Assembly: GCA_003990765.1 (NCBI GenBank)
Contig: RBNJ01000197.1
Coordinates: forward strand, 1 to 37,090
DNA length: 37,090 bases
Source: Jimgerdemannia flammicorona
Taxonomy: Eukaryota
Direction of reading: 5' to 3'
Shown: positions 11,086-23,769 of the stretch, one piece after another
How positions within the stretch are numbered: position 1 is the stretch's first letter
Layout of the letters: each line of letters starts with the position of its first letter
Program-made: the position numbers and the translations under genes
The notes under the pieces: model-generated
Database searches by the model: none
What the model was told of the DNA's origin: nothing
What the model saw: only the letters and a program-made list of their open reading frames with translations

Positions 11086-14000
11086 GAGAAATTCTTCAAC
11101 TCAAACCTCAAGCAATTATTGCTCTAGTTATCTTGTTTCTGAGAATTATTTTATCTCTTGAAAGTAGTGTGTTTCTCTGTAAAACTTCCTTTTTACTTCA
11201 AACTTGGACTGACTGAGGTATATTCACTACAGATCAGGGGGATATTTTATACAGTTTTCAGACTATATATAAGGCTAGGTAATTGGTTATAACTCACAAT
11301 TACTCAAAGATACTATTTAGTATGCTTTTGGAATTCAGGTAACTAACTAACTGAATAAGGCTTATTTTATATTTGTGATAAATTTGGCTAGTTAATATAT
11401 AGTCACTATTTGTATAACTAACTAACTTATTTAATTTAATTAATAAAGCCATTCTTATATATCTTAAAATTCAATATGATCAGAATTAAGTCATCAGGAA
11501 ATTTGGCCAAATCATTTTCTGTATCCTCTACAATTGTGCTGAGATCAGTAGTGGACTCTGGGAGTGAGAAAAGGAAGTTGTTGTTATCATTATTGATGAT
11601 GTCACCAAAGAGTATATAGTTACTCTACTCTTGAGATCTTTAGTCAATAGTATTGTTATCTATAAAGTAGAGAACAACTGTGGAATTCTGAGAGTAGTGG
11701 ACTCTCAAGAGAGGGCCTTGAAATAGTGCAATCAGATCATAGATGAACTGGTTGGGATTTTTCTCTAGAATGGAGTTTCAAAGATCTTGAACTTAATCAC
11801 TCTTGTCTATAATAGTAGATTGGGTCTCTTCTGCAATGATTTCTTTAAGGTTGTCTATACAGCAGCTTATCAGTTCTTGAATATCAGAGACTTTGACATA
11901 TTCTAGATTGGAAATGACCTAGGGTGTATGTCTGAAGATCTGGTGAACACTTTTAGCTAATTTCTATTTATATCTATCTATATAAGTAGTAATCTCAATT
12001 TCTTGAGTTGGCTTGTGAGAATTCTTGACAGAGGTGGTGTCTCATTTTATATTCTTGCTATATCTAAAGACATTCAGCAGTAGTGGTGATTTTTGTCTCT
12101 ATTTCTTAATAATTGAGAGTTTAGTAGTAGAGGTCTCCTATATAGAGATTCAGACTAGGAGTCCTTCTTGTATATAATCTCATTGTCCTCTTAATATTAG
12201 AGAATATTTATTCTTAAACTGATGGATTAGGGTGGCTTCTTGATCTTACTATTTGGCAGATAGCAGATATTTTATTTTATAGTAAGTCTCCTATTTATGG
12301 TTAATGTTTTATACTTTTTCTCTTGATGCTTCTTTTATATATTGAGAGTCTTCTTCTTTGATCTAATGGGTAGAGTTATCTGATTTGGAGTAGTATACTA
12401 TTGGACTCATCATGAGTCATTATGAGTTTAGATGAAAATCATCTTCTGATCAAGATGAGTTATAGTTGAGTTATGACTTATAACTAGTGGCTTATAAAGT
12501 TAAGACAGTCTTCTGAATTCTGATATTACTGATTTCAAAGATATTGTTATGTATATCTGCTTCTTATAAAATTAGAGCTATTCTTAGTAGTTGTGATTAT
12601 ATAAAAATATCAGATCTTAATTTTCTTTTTTTTTTAACTATTGGTACATTTATAAGAACTGGCTATTCTTGTCTAGGGTAAGGACTCTCATTGTCATAAC
12701 TGGGGGTTTGAATCTCTTGAAAATAGTATTTTCTATAATCTGAGACAATTTCTAGTAGCAATATCTATTATGTAGATAGGCTTGAGAATAGTTCTAACAT
12801 TGTCAGCTTCTTAAGTTTTAGATAAAGCATCTATTATTCTTTAATAGAGATGATACAAATAGAGTGAACAGAGTTATTCAAATGTATTTTTCTTCTACTA
12901 AGTAGTAAGGTCTTATATGGTGGTAGTGTATCTTGGACTTGAGTATAACTCTATCTAGGATCTTAAGTTGATAGGTGTAGTTTGTAAACCTCTGATAGAT
13001 AATATAGGGTCCTTCCTATTTCTTTTTGAGTTTGGTACTCTAGACTCCTTCTATGATAGTATGGTATACTAAGACTTATTATCTAATAAACAGAGGTTCA
13101 AGGTCAGCTTTACAGTCATAGTACTTCTTTTATTATTCTTAGATCTTTGCAATAAAACCTCATACTTATTAGTATACTTCATATAATTGGATGATCTCTT
13201 CAGTAACTCATTTTGCCAAATCTAGCTAGATTAGTTCAGTGAGATCTTTCTTATACTTCAAGGCCATATACCAAATAGAAGGAGATCTATTAGATAGTAG
13301 TTATCATTAAAGTGCAGATACTGAAGAGGATTACTAGAAGGTAAATATCTGATCTTTAGTTTTGCTGAGGCCTCACTTGATGGTCTGATTCATTCATTTG
13401 GTAAGTCTATTTACTTATAGATGATATACTATTATTGGATGCAGTTTGATCTTAAAGTTGGCTATAAAGGTCATTATGGCTTTCTTAATAAATTCTCAGT
13501 CTTAGTCTATAATGATTTTCTTAGAGATACCATAGTGGCTGAAAATTTCATCATACAAGATTTCAATAATTGTTTGAGCATCAGTAGTCTCAATGGCAAA
13601 GACTTCAGACTATTTTGTCAGATAATCTTTAATATTAAGAATATAGTATCTCCCTTGACTAGTTGAATAATAATATCTATTCTTAGTCTTTAAAAGACTC
13701 CAGCTAATACTATAATTGATATTAGAAGTACTTTATCAGATGATCTCTATCAGTATCTTTGGTAGATATCACATTATTGAATGTATGTTGAAATTCATTT
13801 CCTCATTTTTGGTCACTAGTATCTCTTTTTGATCCTTATAATGGTGGCTCTAATTCCTTAGTATATATTCTGATTATGGTTAGTTGTGAGTATCTTCAGT
13901 ATTTCATCTGCTTTTGAAACTCAGATATATTAATATTCTTCTACTTCCAAGTTCACTATCATCTTTTTGAAATTTTTTGAATAAACAGCTTATAAGCTAG

Positions 14001-15949
14001 CTAAATTTCTTTTTTGAAGTTTCTATAGTACAGGCTCCAGATGAGGGCAAGGTGCAGTTCTTGATTTATTTAGGCAAGTAAGAAGTAGTCTTCTCTCATT
14101 GGAGCTCTTTTCCTTCTCATTGAGTTCACGGAATTCTTGACAGAGTATCAATATTGAAATTCTTGATATCTTTCTTATAGTTGATGGTGAACTAGTATTC
14201 TTAAAAAGACATAATCCATCTAGTAAAGATTTCTGAGGACTCTGGTTTGCTGAACAACTATTACAGAGCTTAGTGGTCAGTAATAAGAGTAAATCTCTTT
14301 TCTAAGAGATAGTGATCTATAGCTCATACTACTGCAAGACATTATAGCTTAGTAGCTCTATAGTTTTCTTGTGTCTCATTAATGGCCTTACTAGTATACT
14401 CAATGATATGTTCTTTCTTCTAGTCATCTAGCTGAGATAGAATTGATCCAAGTCCAAGAGCAGAGGCATCAGTTGCCAAGATAAATAGTTTGTCAAAATC
14501 TCTGATCACACTAAAATGGGGACTTCAGTGAGAGTCTTCTTGAGTAGGTCAAATGACTTTTATTAGTCTTCCTTCCAGTAGAATGGTTAGTCCTTCTTAG
14601 AGATATTATATAATAGAGCTACCTTGTCTGAAAATCTTAAGATAAACTACTGGTAGTTAGATGCTAACATGAGAAAGAACAGAACTTCCTCTGCAGAGAT
14701 AGAGGTTGAATAATTCTTAACTTTCTCAACCTTACATATATCAGCATGAGTTTCTTGGGCTGAAACTATATATCTCAGATATTTGACTTAGTGTTTTCCA
14801 AAGAAATACTTCTTGACATAGAGTCTGAGTCCTGAGTTTTAGATGATATCAAATACTTCAGAGAGATCTTATAGATATTATTCAAATATCTCAGAATAGA
14901 TAATTATATCATCTATATATACTAGTACAATTCTCCCAATGAGGTCTCAGTAGACATAGTTTATTATTTACTAGAATGAGGCTGGTATATTATAGAGTTC
15001 AAATGGTATTCACAGGTATTCATACTATTCTCATTTAGTGATAAAGGCTGTTTCACAGATATCATTCTTGGTAATGGGTATTACTTGGAATCCTTGAAAC
15101 TAATAAGTGAAGGTTATATACTTGACTTTTCTGAGAACATTGGGAAGGTTATCAATTCTTGATAATAGATAGACATCTTCTGTAGTAATATTGTTAAGTT
15201 TTCTGAAGTCTATAATTAGTCTCCATCCTTCTTTCTTTAATACTATGATTACTGGTAAAGCCCAGGGGCTTGATGAGAGTCTGATAACTCTATTTTATAG
15301 CATCTTATCTATATGTTGTTATTCAAAACTCAATCAGGTGATATGGTGTTTGGTAGGAGTATTATCAGATTGATTAGATATATTTTATATATATTACATA
15401 TTCTCTATATTAATATGGTAGAAAGTTATTATATATAGTAGTAAATATATCTTTGTATTCTTTTATCAACTTCTGTATCTGTTGTTGATAATCCTTGATA
15501 AGAGTTGTCTCAATATTAATAATTTTGATTGCTGAGTCTTCCTCTTTGATACTGTCTATCTTACTGGAGAGGGCTTATTATTTTCTAAGAAATTAAAGAC
15601 TTCTTCCTTATAGGTGTCTATCAATTATTCAAAATATCCTAATATTGTTTCTTTGAGGATTGTTATCACTTCAAAGTTCAGATTTTGAATAGGAATATGG
15701 ATTGGTGACATTTAGTCATAAATTTATTCTTTAGTTAGGAGGAGGTAATACATTTCTTAGAGTTCTATTGATGGCTTGAATATCAGGTTATTGGTATCTA
15801 CAGATAGGTATATGTCAAGGCTTCTTTATTAATATAGCTGAAGGAGGATATCTTCTCTTACTCAGATGAGGTAGATGTGTAGTTTCATTTAATAGAACTG
15901 AGCTATTATTACTAAGTAGACTTCAATAGGTGGGGGTTGAGGAGTTCTA

Positions 15950-16330
15950 TTGATACTTCTAAAATCTCCTTGTCCTCTCTTAGTGCTGTCTAGTTGATTC
16001 ATCTCTTGGATGATAGGCTGTAATATCTTGATAAACAGAATTTGACAGATTGTCTTCAAGGGGTTAAAGGTTTAGTAATTCCTACTATTGTTATAAATAA
16101 TGATCTTCAGAGGACCTCAATAATTCTGATCAATGATTCCTCTTTCTATAATGATTTCTTTAGCTATCAGAGAAGATCTTGATACTAGTTATCTATAATG
16201 TCCAGATGGTATAATAAGTATAATTTGAAGATCAAAAGTCCTAGTAGTCCTAGAATAGAGCATTGTCTGATAGGGGAGACAGAGGTTATATCCTACAGAT
16301 CCTTCTGTTTGTGCAAGAGGAAGTTGTGTC
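15950..16330 (-). pseudogene. Retrotransposon-encoded dUTPase domain (decayed)
   Basis: Motif III-like GIIDQNY*GPL, motif IV-like ICQILF and motif V-like TKRGQGDFRS. Confidence 0.8.
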
Positions 16331-17245
16331 CAAGGTGAAGTAGTTTGACTTGAATAATTGGCTAGATCTTGAGAAATGATACCTCAGTAGTTATATACTA
16401 TTGCAGGAGAGAATATCATATATTCTAACTTAAATAATAGCTAATATACTTTGGTCTTTGGTTTTCTTATATAATTGAATTTATTTTTTCAAGTAGATCT
16501 AAGGCTTTCATAAAGATAAAGATAAGGTTAACTCCTTATTTGTCTTAGTGTGGTCAGCAGTATTAATGAATGATGGTAAGAATTTCTAATAGTAGATCTC
16601 AGATAGTAGTCTTGTTCTTGGCTTTATAAACTCCTTCATAGTAGATCTTTTTGCATTTCTGACAGGCCTAGTGGATTCTAGGTTCTTACTAGATAGGATT
16701 CTTTCTCTTAACTTGGCTCTTATAGGCATCTTCACTGAGATGGATACTTTGATACTCACAGTAGTAATAGGTAAAGGTCTTTCTACAATTATAGTATTCT
16801 TACATAATAAATTTCTCATTCTACTATTTGATTTCCTTATTTGTCAGATATCTTTTTTGATATTTATCATAGATAGGTAGAGTAATCTGGAGGGCTTGAG
16901 TAATGGTATAGGTGCTGTTGTTATTGTCTTTAATTGTGAGAGTCTCCAAAGATTGATAAGAGAAGATCATCTCTTCTTTCTTATAGGTCTTCTTGAAAAT
17001 ATTTGGGGTATGGTTGTATTTATCTAAGGACCAGAGCTCATTTTAATTCATCTTTATCTTCAATTATAGATATTGGAACTTTTTTGAGATTAAGAATTCA
17101 GCAGTTACTACAGTCATCTCTTAGGGAGTAGAAATAGTTATAGTATTCACACCTGTCTAGGTGGAAGGCTCACATAATTTGATTTTCTTTTAGAGGTAAG
17201 AGTGGTTATATGGATAGTCCTGCAAATTTGAGTACTACTTCTTCA

Positions 17246-17790
17246 TTTTTTTTTTTTTTTTTTTTTTTTATAGTCACTCAGACTCCTTTATTACTAAGTA
17301 ATCTATGTAGAATACAATAACATACACTATCCAACTCTGCCTACTACTCAATCCCTCTAAGAGAGACCTCTCCAACTTCCACTCATTTGAATGCCACTCA
17401 GCCTACAATTATCTCCATCCAACCCCTACTTTAATGGCAGACTCTATCAATAAGTTATCTATGATGGCCACTCTGAGGCCTCCAGCCCACCCATCAGCCA
17501 GTAAAGAGATCCTCTATCAATCCATCCCACCTCAATAATCTCTTAGCAAGGCTCAACTACTGCTCTTCCTCAAAAACAAAAAACCAATATTCAGCCAGCT
17601 TTATCTAAATCGCTAAGGTCCAGCTATATATAAGTTACTTATTTCCCACTCCTCCTATAAGCTATATCTTCAAGTCCTCCCAATGACCCCCCACTATATC
17701 TCCCCTTCTCTAGTCCCCCAAATACTCCTCCATAGTAATCCAAAAGTCCCCAAGCACCTCAAACTCCCCCAAACTCCCCCAGCTAATATT
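17246..17790 (-). mobile_element. 5'-truncated LINE 3' end inserted into the Gypsy pol region
   Basis: Poly(T) at ~17246-17269 followed by atagtcact...cctttatt, the same tail as 21125-21151. Exact TSD gtactacttcttca(tt) at 17232 and 17791. Confidence 0.9.
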
Positions 17791-19814
17791 GTACTACTTC
17801 TTCATTGATGGCTTAATCAATGCTTTCTTCCAGGCTTTCAGTATTAATAGCCCTAACAAAAAGATCTTCTTAGCTACTTTCAAAGTCTCTAGAGGCATCA
17901 AAATCACTTCCTAGTTCTTATAAGAAATTTGCTTCACTTTCATCCTCAGTAGTAGTAGATATATATATCTATATCCTTACCATTCTATCTCAGAGGCCTG
18001 ACTTGCTTTTCTTGATCCTTTTGACTCAATTGGTACCTTGTGCTTTTATCTATAGAAGGTGAAGACCAGGAGTTATTTCTTGATATCTACATTGGCTCCA
18101 ACTTGGTGCAATCAGTTAGTTTTCAAAATCAGATTGTAGGAGATTGCTGGGGTTATAATAGTTTGAGGTATATTGAGGCAGATCTTTCTAATCTGAATAA
18201 GTATATCTCTGACTAGTTCAAGATAGATAGATACTGATCCATCTATCATGATGACTCTTACTTTGGTTTCTTCATCATTTCCCCACTCAATCCTTTCTAG
18301 TATTTACTGAGTGATAATTCAAACTACTGCTCCAGTATTAACAAGAATTCTGGAATTTTCACTATATACTTTTCTATTGGCTAGTCTTGTGGATTGGTGT
18401 TCTTGGCACTGATATTTATAGACTATATAAATAGTGCTAGGCTCTAGTATGTATGGTCCTTGGATAAGAATTCTCTTGATATCTTCTTTAGCTTTTTTGG
18501 GAAATTTTGTCTAACTTCTGATATATTCTTGAGAACTTATTCAAAGATGAGACCTATATTCTGGGTATGAAGGTGTTCTCAAAGTGATGCTACTTCATGG
18601 GGCTTACTGCTTTTTCAATATCTAGGTCTCTTAGAGCAAATTCTCTCATTTTTATTAGGCATTTCATCATATGCTCATGTGCTCTTCTTCTTCAAGATTA
18701 GGCAGAGAGGTATTTCTTAATACTCTTAATAGACTAGTCTCTGGTTCAGGGGTGTCTCTTCTAACTCTCTTGTCCTTTTTCTGAGAGGTATCTGTAGATA
18801 TAGTTATTAGTAATAATGGAGAGAGTAGAGTCCTTGGAGGGCTTCCTCATCCTCTGGTCTGTACAAGAGCTATATCCCAAGTTACCTTAGAAGAAAAGGC
18901 TTTATAGTATAGATAGGTATTCTCTTGAATATAAAGTTAGGTGATTTTTTCTTTTATTTCTCAAGTTTCTTTATCCACTTGAGTGAGGTTGAAATTTCTA
19001 TCATTAGATAGAGGTTGTTTCTTTAGGCAGAACCTCTGAATGTGATCTTGGTTTCTATAGTTAAAATAATTTGGAGTATAGGAACTTATTGCTAGTGAAC
19101 TTGCAGTTGTAACTGGTAGAGCCTTAGTAGAGCTCCTGTTATCTTGCTGCCAGTAGTCTGATCTATTATCTCAAAGATAATCTTATTGTCTTTTCTCTAG
19201 ATTCTTTAACTGAGCAACTACAATAGCTAGGTCTTTTATTTATTTAGTAAGTATTGTCATAAAGTCTTTTTGAATTCTTATTGGAGGCTACTGTTGTTAC
19301 CTATATTGAGTTAGAATTGAGAGTGGAGATCTGGTCTCATAGCTGGCCAACTGGGCTCTCAAGTAGATATTCTTTTATTCTATAGTTATTCTATGAGTTC
19401 TTGAGGTTTCAGCTTAAGCTGGTTCTTAATATTCTTGTACCTATTGGAGTAATCTATAGTCTGCTTCTAGGTATTCTTATACTACAGCAACTTGTTACTT
19501 AATACTATAATAGCTCATCTTAATAACTTGTCTTTAAAGCTCTGAGAATATTCTATTAAGGAAGATAGTTGAGGCTAGGACTAGTTGGACTGTAGGTTGC
19601 AAGTTTACCTTAATTATCTGAGCTTAAATCTGATGATAGAAGCTTTTTGGAGTTTCATTAATATGTAGCTTGGCTCATATAGGTGAAAACTTCTTATATT
19701 TTCTATTGATACTCAAGACCATTGAACTAGCTGTGGAGCCAGGTCTTATAGATATTATATATATCCATATGATCTTCATTTACTTAAAGATTATTGGCTT
19801 ATTCTATTTTATAG

Positions 19815-20805
19815 AGAATAGAGCATATGTCTCCCCCTCCTCTTTAAAAAAAAAAAACATAGAGAAATTATGTTATATATCTCAAGTATAGAGTACAGAT
19901 AGACTTTTCAGTAGTGAGATATATCAGAGTAGTCAGAAAAGTAAGATGGTATATCAAAATGAGTATCAGAATAGACAGAGCACTAGTATAGATAGTAAGG
20001 TAAAGATGTGTCAAAATGAGAGTAATGTATGTTAGAGTGACAAAAACAAAGTTATTAGAATAGAGTACATGCCCTCTATCTCTCTCTCAAAAAAAAAAAA
20101 AAACATAAAGAATATATGTAATATATCTCAAGTAAAAAGTACAGATAGTCTTTTCAAGTAGTGAGATATGTTGGAGTGATCAGAATAGTGATATAGCATA
20201 CTGAAATAGGTATTAGAATAGACAGAGCACTAGAGTAGATAGAAAGATAGAGAGTGAAGGTATATCAGAATGAGAGTGATAAAAGTCAGAGAAATAAAAA
20301 CAAAACTATCATAATAGAGCATATACTCTCTCCCCCCTCTTAAAAAAATAAAATATAAAAAATATATATAATATATATACCTCAAGTAAGAAGCACAGAT
20401 AGTCTTTTCAAGCAGAGATATATAGAAGATGAGCTGCAAGAATCAGATCCTTTTTTTAAGCTGTAATAATTAGAGCTATAAGAAATAAAGAGTGAGAGAA
20501 TGAAGTAGAGAGAGTAAAGGCCCATCAATAAAAAAAAAAAAACAAAAAAAAAAAAAAAAAGCTCAGAGAATATATATAATATATCTCAAGTAAGGGACAT
20601 GAATAGACTTTTCAAGTAGTGAAGTCTTGAGAAGATAAGCTATAAGAATCAGAGTCTTTTTTCAAGCTGTAAGAATTAGAGCTATAAAAAATAAAGAGTA
20701 AGAGAATGAAGTAGTGAGAGTAAAGGTCCCTTAAAAAGTGTAGAGAATATATGTAATATATCTTAAGTAAGAAGTATAAACAGCCTTTTCAAATAGTAAG
20801 ATATT
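19815..20805. repeat. Tandem array of ~180-250 bp units with A-tracts
   Basis: Core atatatctcaagta...cagatagtcttttcaagtagtgaga recurs at ~19881, 20127, 20381, 20585 and 20762. Confidence 0.85.
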
Positions 20806-20819
20806 GTGATGGTATAGCC

Positions 20820-21147
20820 AAATTTGGAAGAAGGAAATAGGGAATAGACACTTGATTGCACCCAGTCCCAAAGTAGTGTAGCCTGCGAGGTGGGAGGAGT
20901 TGTTGGGGGATCTGTTGACTGGATGGTGGGTAGGGTGGGGTCCTTCTGGGGGGCGGCAGCGGGGTTTGGTGGTGAGGATATGTGAACAGAGTGGTGGGAG
21001 AGTTGGGATTGTATTTAGGAAAGTAGTGTTTCATTGAGAAGATATTAGGGGAGGGAGAGGGGGGGCCCCCAAGGGGGATTGGATAGAGGGTGGGTTCACT
21101 GTACTATATAGGATAGATGAGGGTAATAAAGGAAGAGTCCAAGTGAC

Positions 21148-21194
<47 letters not shown>
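20820..21194 (+). mobile_element. 5'-truncated LINE 3' end with poly(A) tail
   Basis: Homologous to the reverse complement of 1-200 (tgtgaacagagtggtggg). AATAAA at ~21125, long poly(A) at 21151-21194, TSD tggtatagcc at 20810-20819 and 21196-21205. Confidence 0.9.
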
Positions 21195-21196
<2 letters not shown>

Positions 21197-21699
21197 GGTA
21201 TAGCCTTATAGTTAGCAGTCCTCGATTTCAACACTGTCTAAATTCTTAGACATTGTCTAAATTTTAGACATCATCCAAATCAAACATCCCAATTTAGTAT
21301 AGTATTTAGACATTGTCCAAATGTTTCGACAAAGTCCAAATAACTCATTTATTACTTAGCCACCCTCTCATAGCTAGCAAACTTATATAAATAACTCAGT
21401 ATCTTCAAGTGAATAAACCTCAGATCGAAATAGTTCAAAGCAAAGAGATAGCAAAGAAACTAGTAAGCCTGTGGGCAGATATACTTCAAACTCACCCACC
21501 CTCCCCTACAACTTCAAGAGACTCTCAAGAGTCAGAATGGTCAAGTTTTCAAGATATAGAAATTCAACATACTTTCAAGAGTAAGCATCCACTACATTAC
21601 AACTTGGTGCCCATTGGCTGGTGATTCAAGATGAATCCCTCACTTTCAAGCTGAACAATGAATAACCACCACTACCTGAACAACCATACAAACTGAGCC

Positions 21700-22813
21700 C
21701 CAATACCCAAACAAGATAGATATGAGACTGCCAGTATTCCATTAATATACCTCAGATGAATCAATCATCACCTTCATTGATGATTTCGAGCAGTATGCTG
21801 CTGTAAGGACTCTGACAGCAGTACAGCAAGTAGCCATCATGCCCTTCAGTCTACGAGGCCCTGCCAGAGCAGCATTCACAGCTGCAACCCATGCAGGAAA
21901 TGATGCAGATGCCATACTGACAGCACAGAAGACCTGGCTCCAAAATATATATTATACAGATGAGATCAAGCAAGCCCTGAAGGATCAGCTCAACACAACA
22001 TGCCAAGGAATGAGCGAGGATCCAAACACATTCTATACCAGAATTCAATATCAGATAATTCTTGCAAATTATGCTACTGCTATCCGAGATCAAGTAGCCA
22101 AAGCAACCTTCATGAAAGAAGTCCATCCAGAAATAGCCATGGTCATCTGCTCATCACCAGTGATTCTGGATCTGCCACAGAAGGTCACCTATGCTCAGCA
22201 ATACTGGATAGCCAGACACCCACAAGACCATACAATGGAGAGAGTTACAGGAGTCAGAATTGAGACATCTAAGTCAACCAGTGTGATCCCCACCACAATG
22301 ATCAATTGAAATACACCTCAGCCAAAAGCTACAGAGCAGCAAAAGAACAGTGACCCTATGGAGGAACTCACCAAAAGGTTTGCCGAAATGACTGCCCACC
22401 TGGGAGATGTGGTAAAGGAAATCCAAGGAAGAGATTGCCACCCTGTTCAGAAGTTTGCCACTACCTCAGACAAGAAGAAAGGTACCTGCTATAGCTGCGG
22501 AGAAGAAGGCCACCACTCCTATGAATATATGAGCAAAACCAAGTGCAAGGCTCAACCAAGCAATACCATACAAAATAAGGAACAGGCTAATACAATCACC
22601 TTTGAAGAAATCAGAGAATCCAATAAAGAGGAATGGGAGGCCTATCCTGCTCAGACCACCAAGAAGAATGTTCGCAAAGAACCCTACAAGAGACTGCCAG
22701 GAAGACCCAAGAAGAACCCAGTGAAAAAGTGGATGGAAACTGCTACAGAAAGCCAAGCTGAAGAGATGGACCAAGATACAGAGCTAGAGCAAGCAGTTCA
22801 AGATATCATCTAA
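21700..22813 (+). pseudogene. gag: gag with CCHC zinc knuckle
   Basis: Retrotransposon-gag-like LRGPARAAF...QGMSEDPNTFYTRI; knuckle CYSCGEEGHHSYEY with the last Cys changed to Tyr; internal stop at 22307. Confidence 0.85.
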
Positions 22814-23079
22814 GGAATCACTCCAGCCAGTGAAGGAGAAAAAGAAAAGAAGCTTCGCAAGACCAAGACCTTCAAGTATGATATCTTCAAGAACCTCAGT
22901 CAACAAAAGGTCAATGCAACCTTTGGTCAGCTCACAGAAATCCCAACATTCAGACAGCAAATGAGGTTTGGACTTGCCAAAACAACTAAGGAACAAGAAT
23001 AGAAGATAACTGAGGCCAATAACACTCAAGAGGACTCAGGAGAAGAAAGTGAGGACAATTGCAAAACCTCTGCATATGC

Positions 23080-23420
23080 AATATGCCAAATCAAAGATAG
23101 AATCTTTGAAGTCATCATCAATATAGAAGCAGGAGGGTGTCTCCTCAGTAAAAAGGTAGCAGACTGCCTAGGTTGGGATGTGGAAGAAGCAACTAAGCTG
23201 GTATTTGTCACAGCTGATGGCACAAGAGCCACACCTCTGGGAAAGATCTGAGATATTCCCATCAAGATTGGAGGAGCAACCATCTCAGTAGATGTAATTG
23301 TAACCAATGCCACCAACTATGACATCCTCATCGGCAATCAATGGCTTCACAAAGCCAAGGCAGTAATCAATCTCAATGTGCAGAAGATGCAGATCATCTA
23401 CTGGGGACAGAAGATATGAA
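23080..23420 (+). pseudogene. Retropepsin aspartic protease domain
   Basis: VIINIEAGGCLLS (decayed DTGA), VTADGTRATPLGKI, YDILIGNQWL. Confidence 0.85.
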
Positions 23421-23769
23421 TTCCCATCAATATCAATAAAGGAGTCCTGCCCAACATGGAGGAAGAAGAGAGTGAGCAAGAGGAAGCTTATATGGTGACT
23501 ACTCCAAAGAAAAAGAAAGTTGGATGGATGAGTGAAGAAGAATGGTGCAAGAAGATAGCAGAAGGCTATGCACTACAAGGAGTCTGTCCTCATGGAATCA
23601 AGATGTACTGTATGGAGCATGTCAATGAGTGCTACCAGTGCACCATCGAAACCAAGAAGATCTACCAGGAAAGAAGACAGAAAGCTCTCAAAAAACAGAT
23701 CAGGGAAGAAGAGAAGGAGGAAGACGACAAACCACCAGCCCTCCTGGAGGACAGTGATGATGAAGAAGA

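Larger units (their letters stand above)
11500..19815 (-). mobile_element. Ty3/Gypsy LTR retrotransposon internal region with dUTPase, heavily mutated
   Basis: Hand translation of the minus strand gives, in order: gag knuckle YFNYRNQDHIQRFC (~19025-19070), protease ILVNTGA (~18325-18350), dUTPase (~15950-16330), RT LVYIDDIIIYS (~14890-14926), RNase H LFILATDASALGLGSILSQ (~14430-14490), integrase with K*EGPY (~13000). The order PR-RT-RH-IN is Gypsy-type. LTRs were not identified. Confidence 0.9.
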
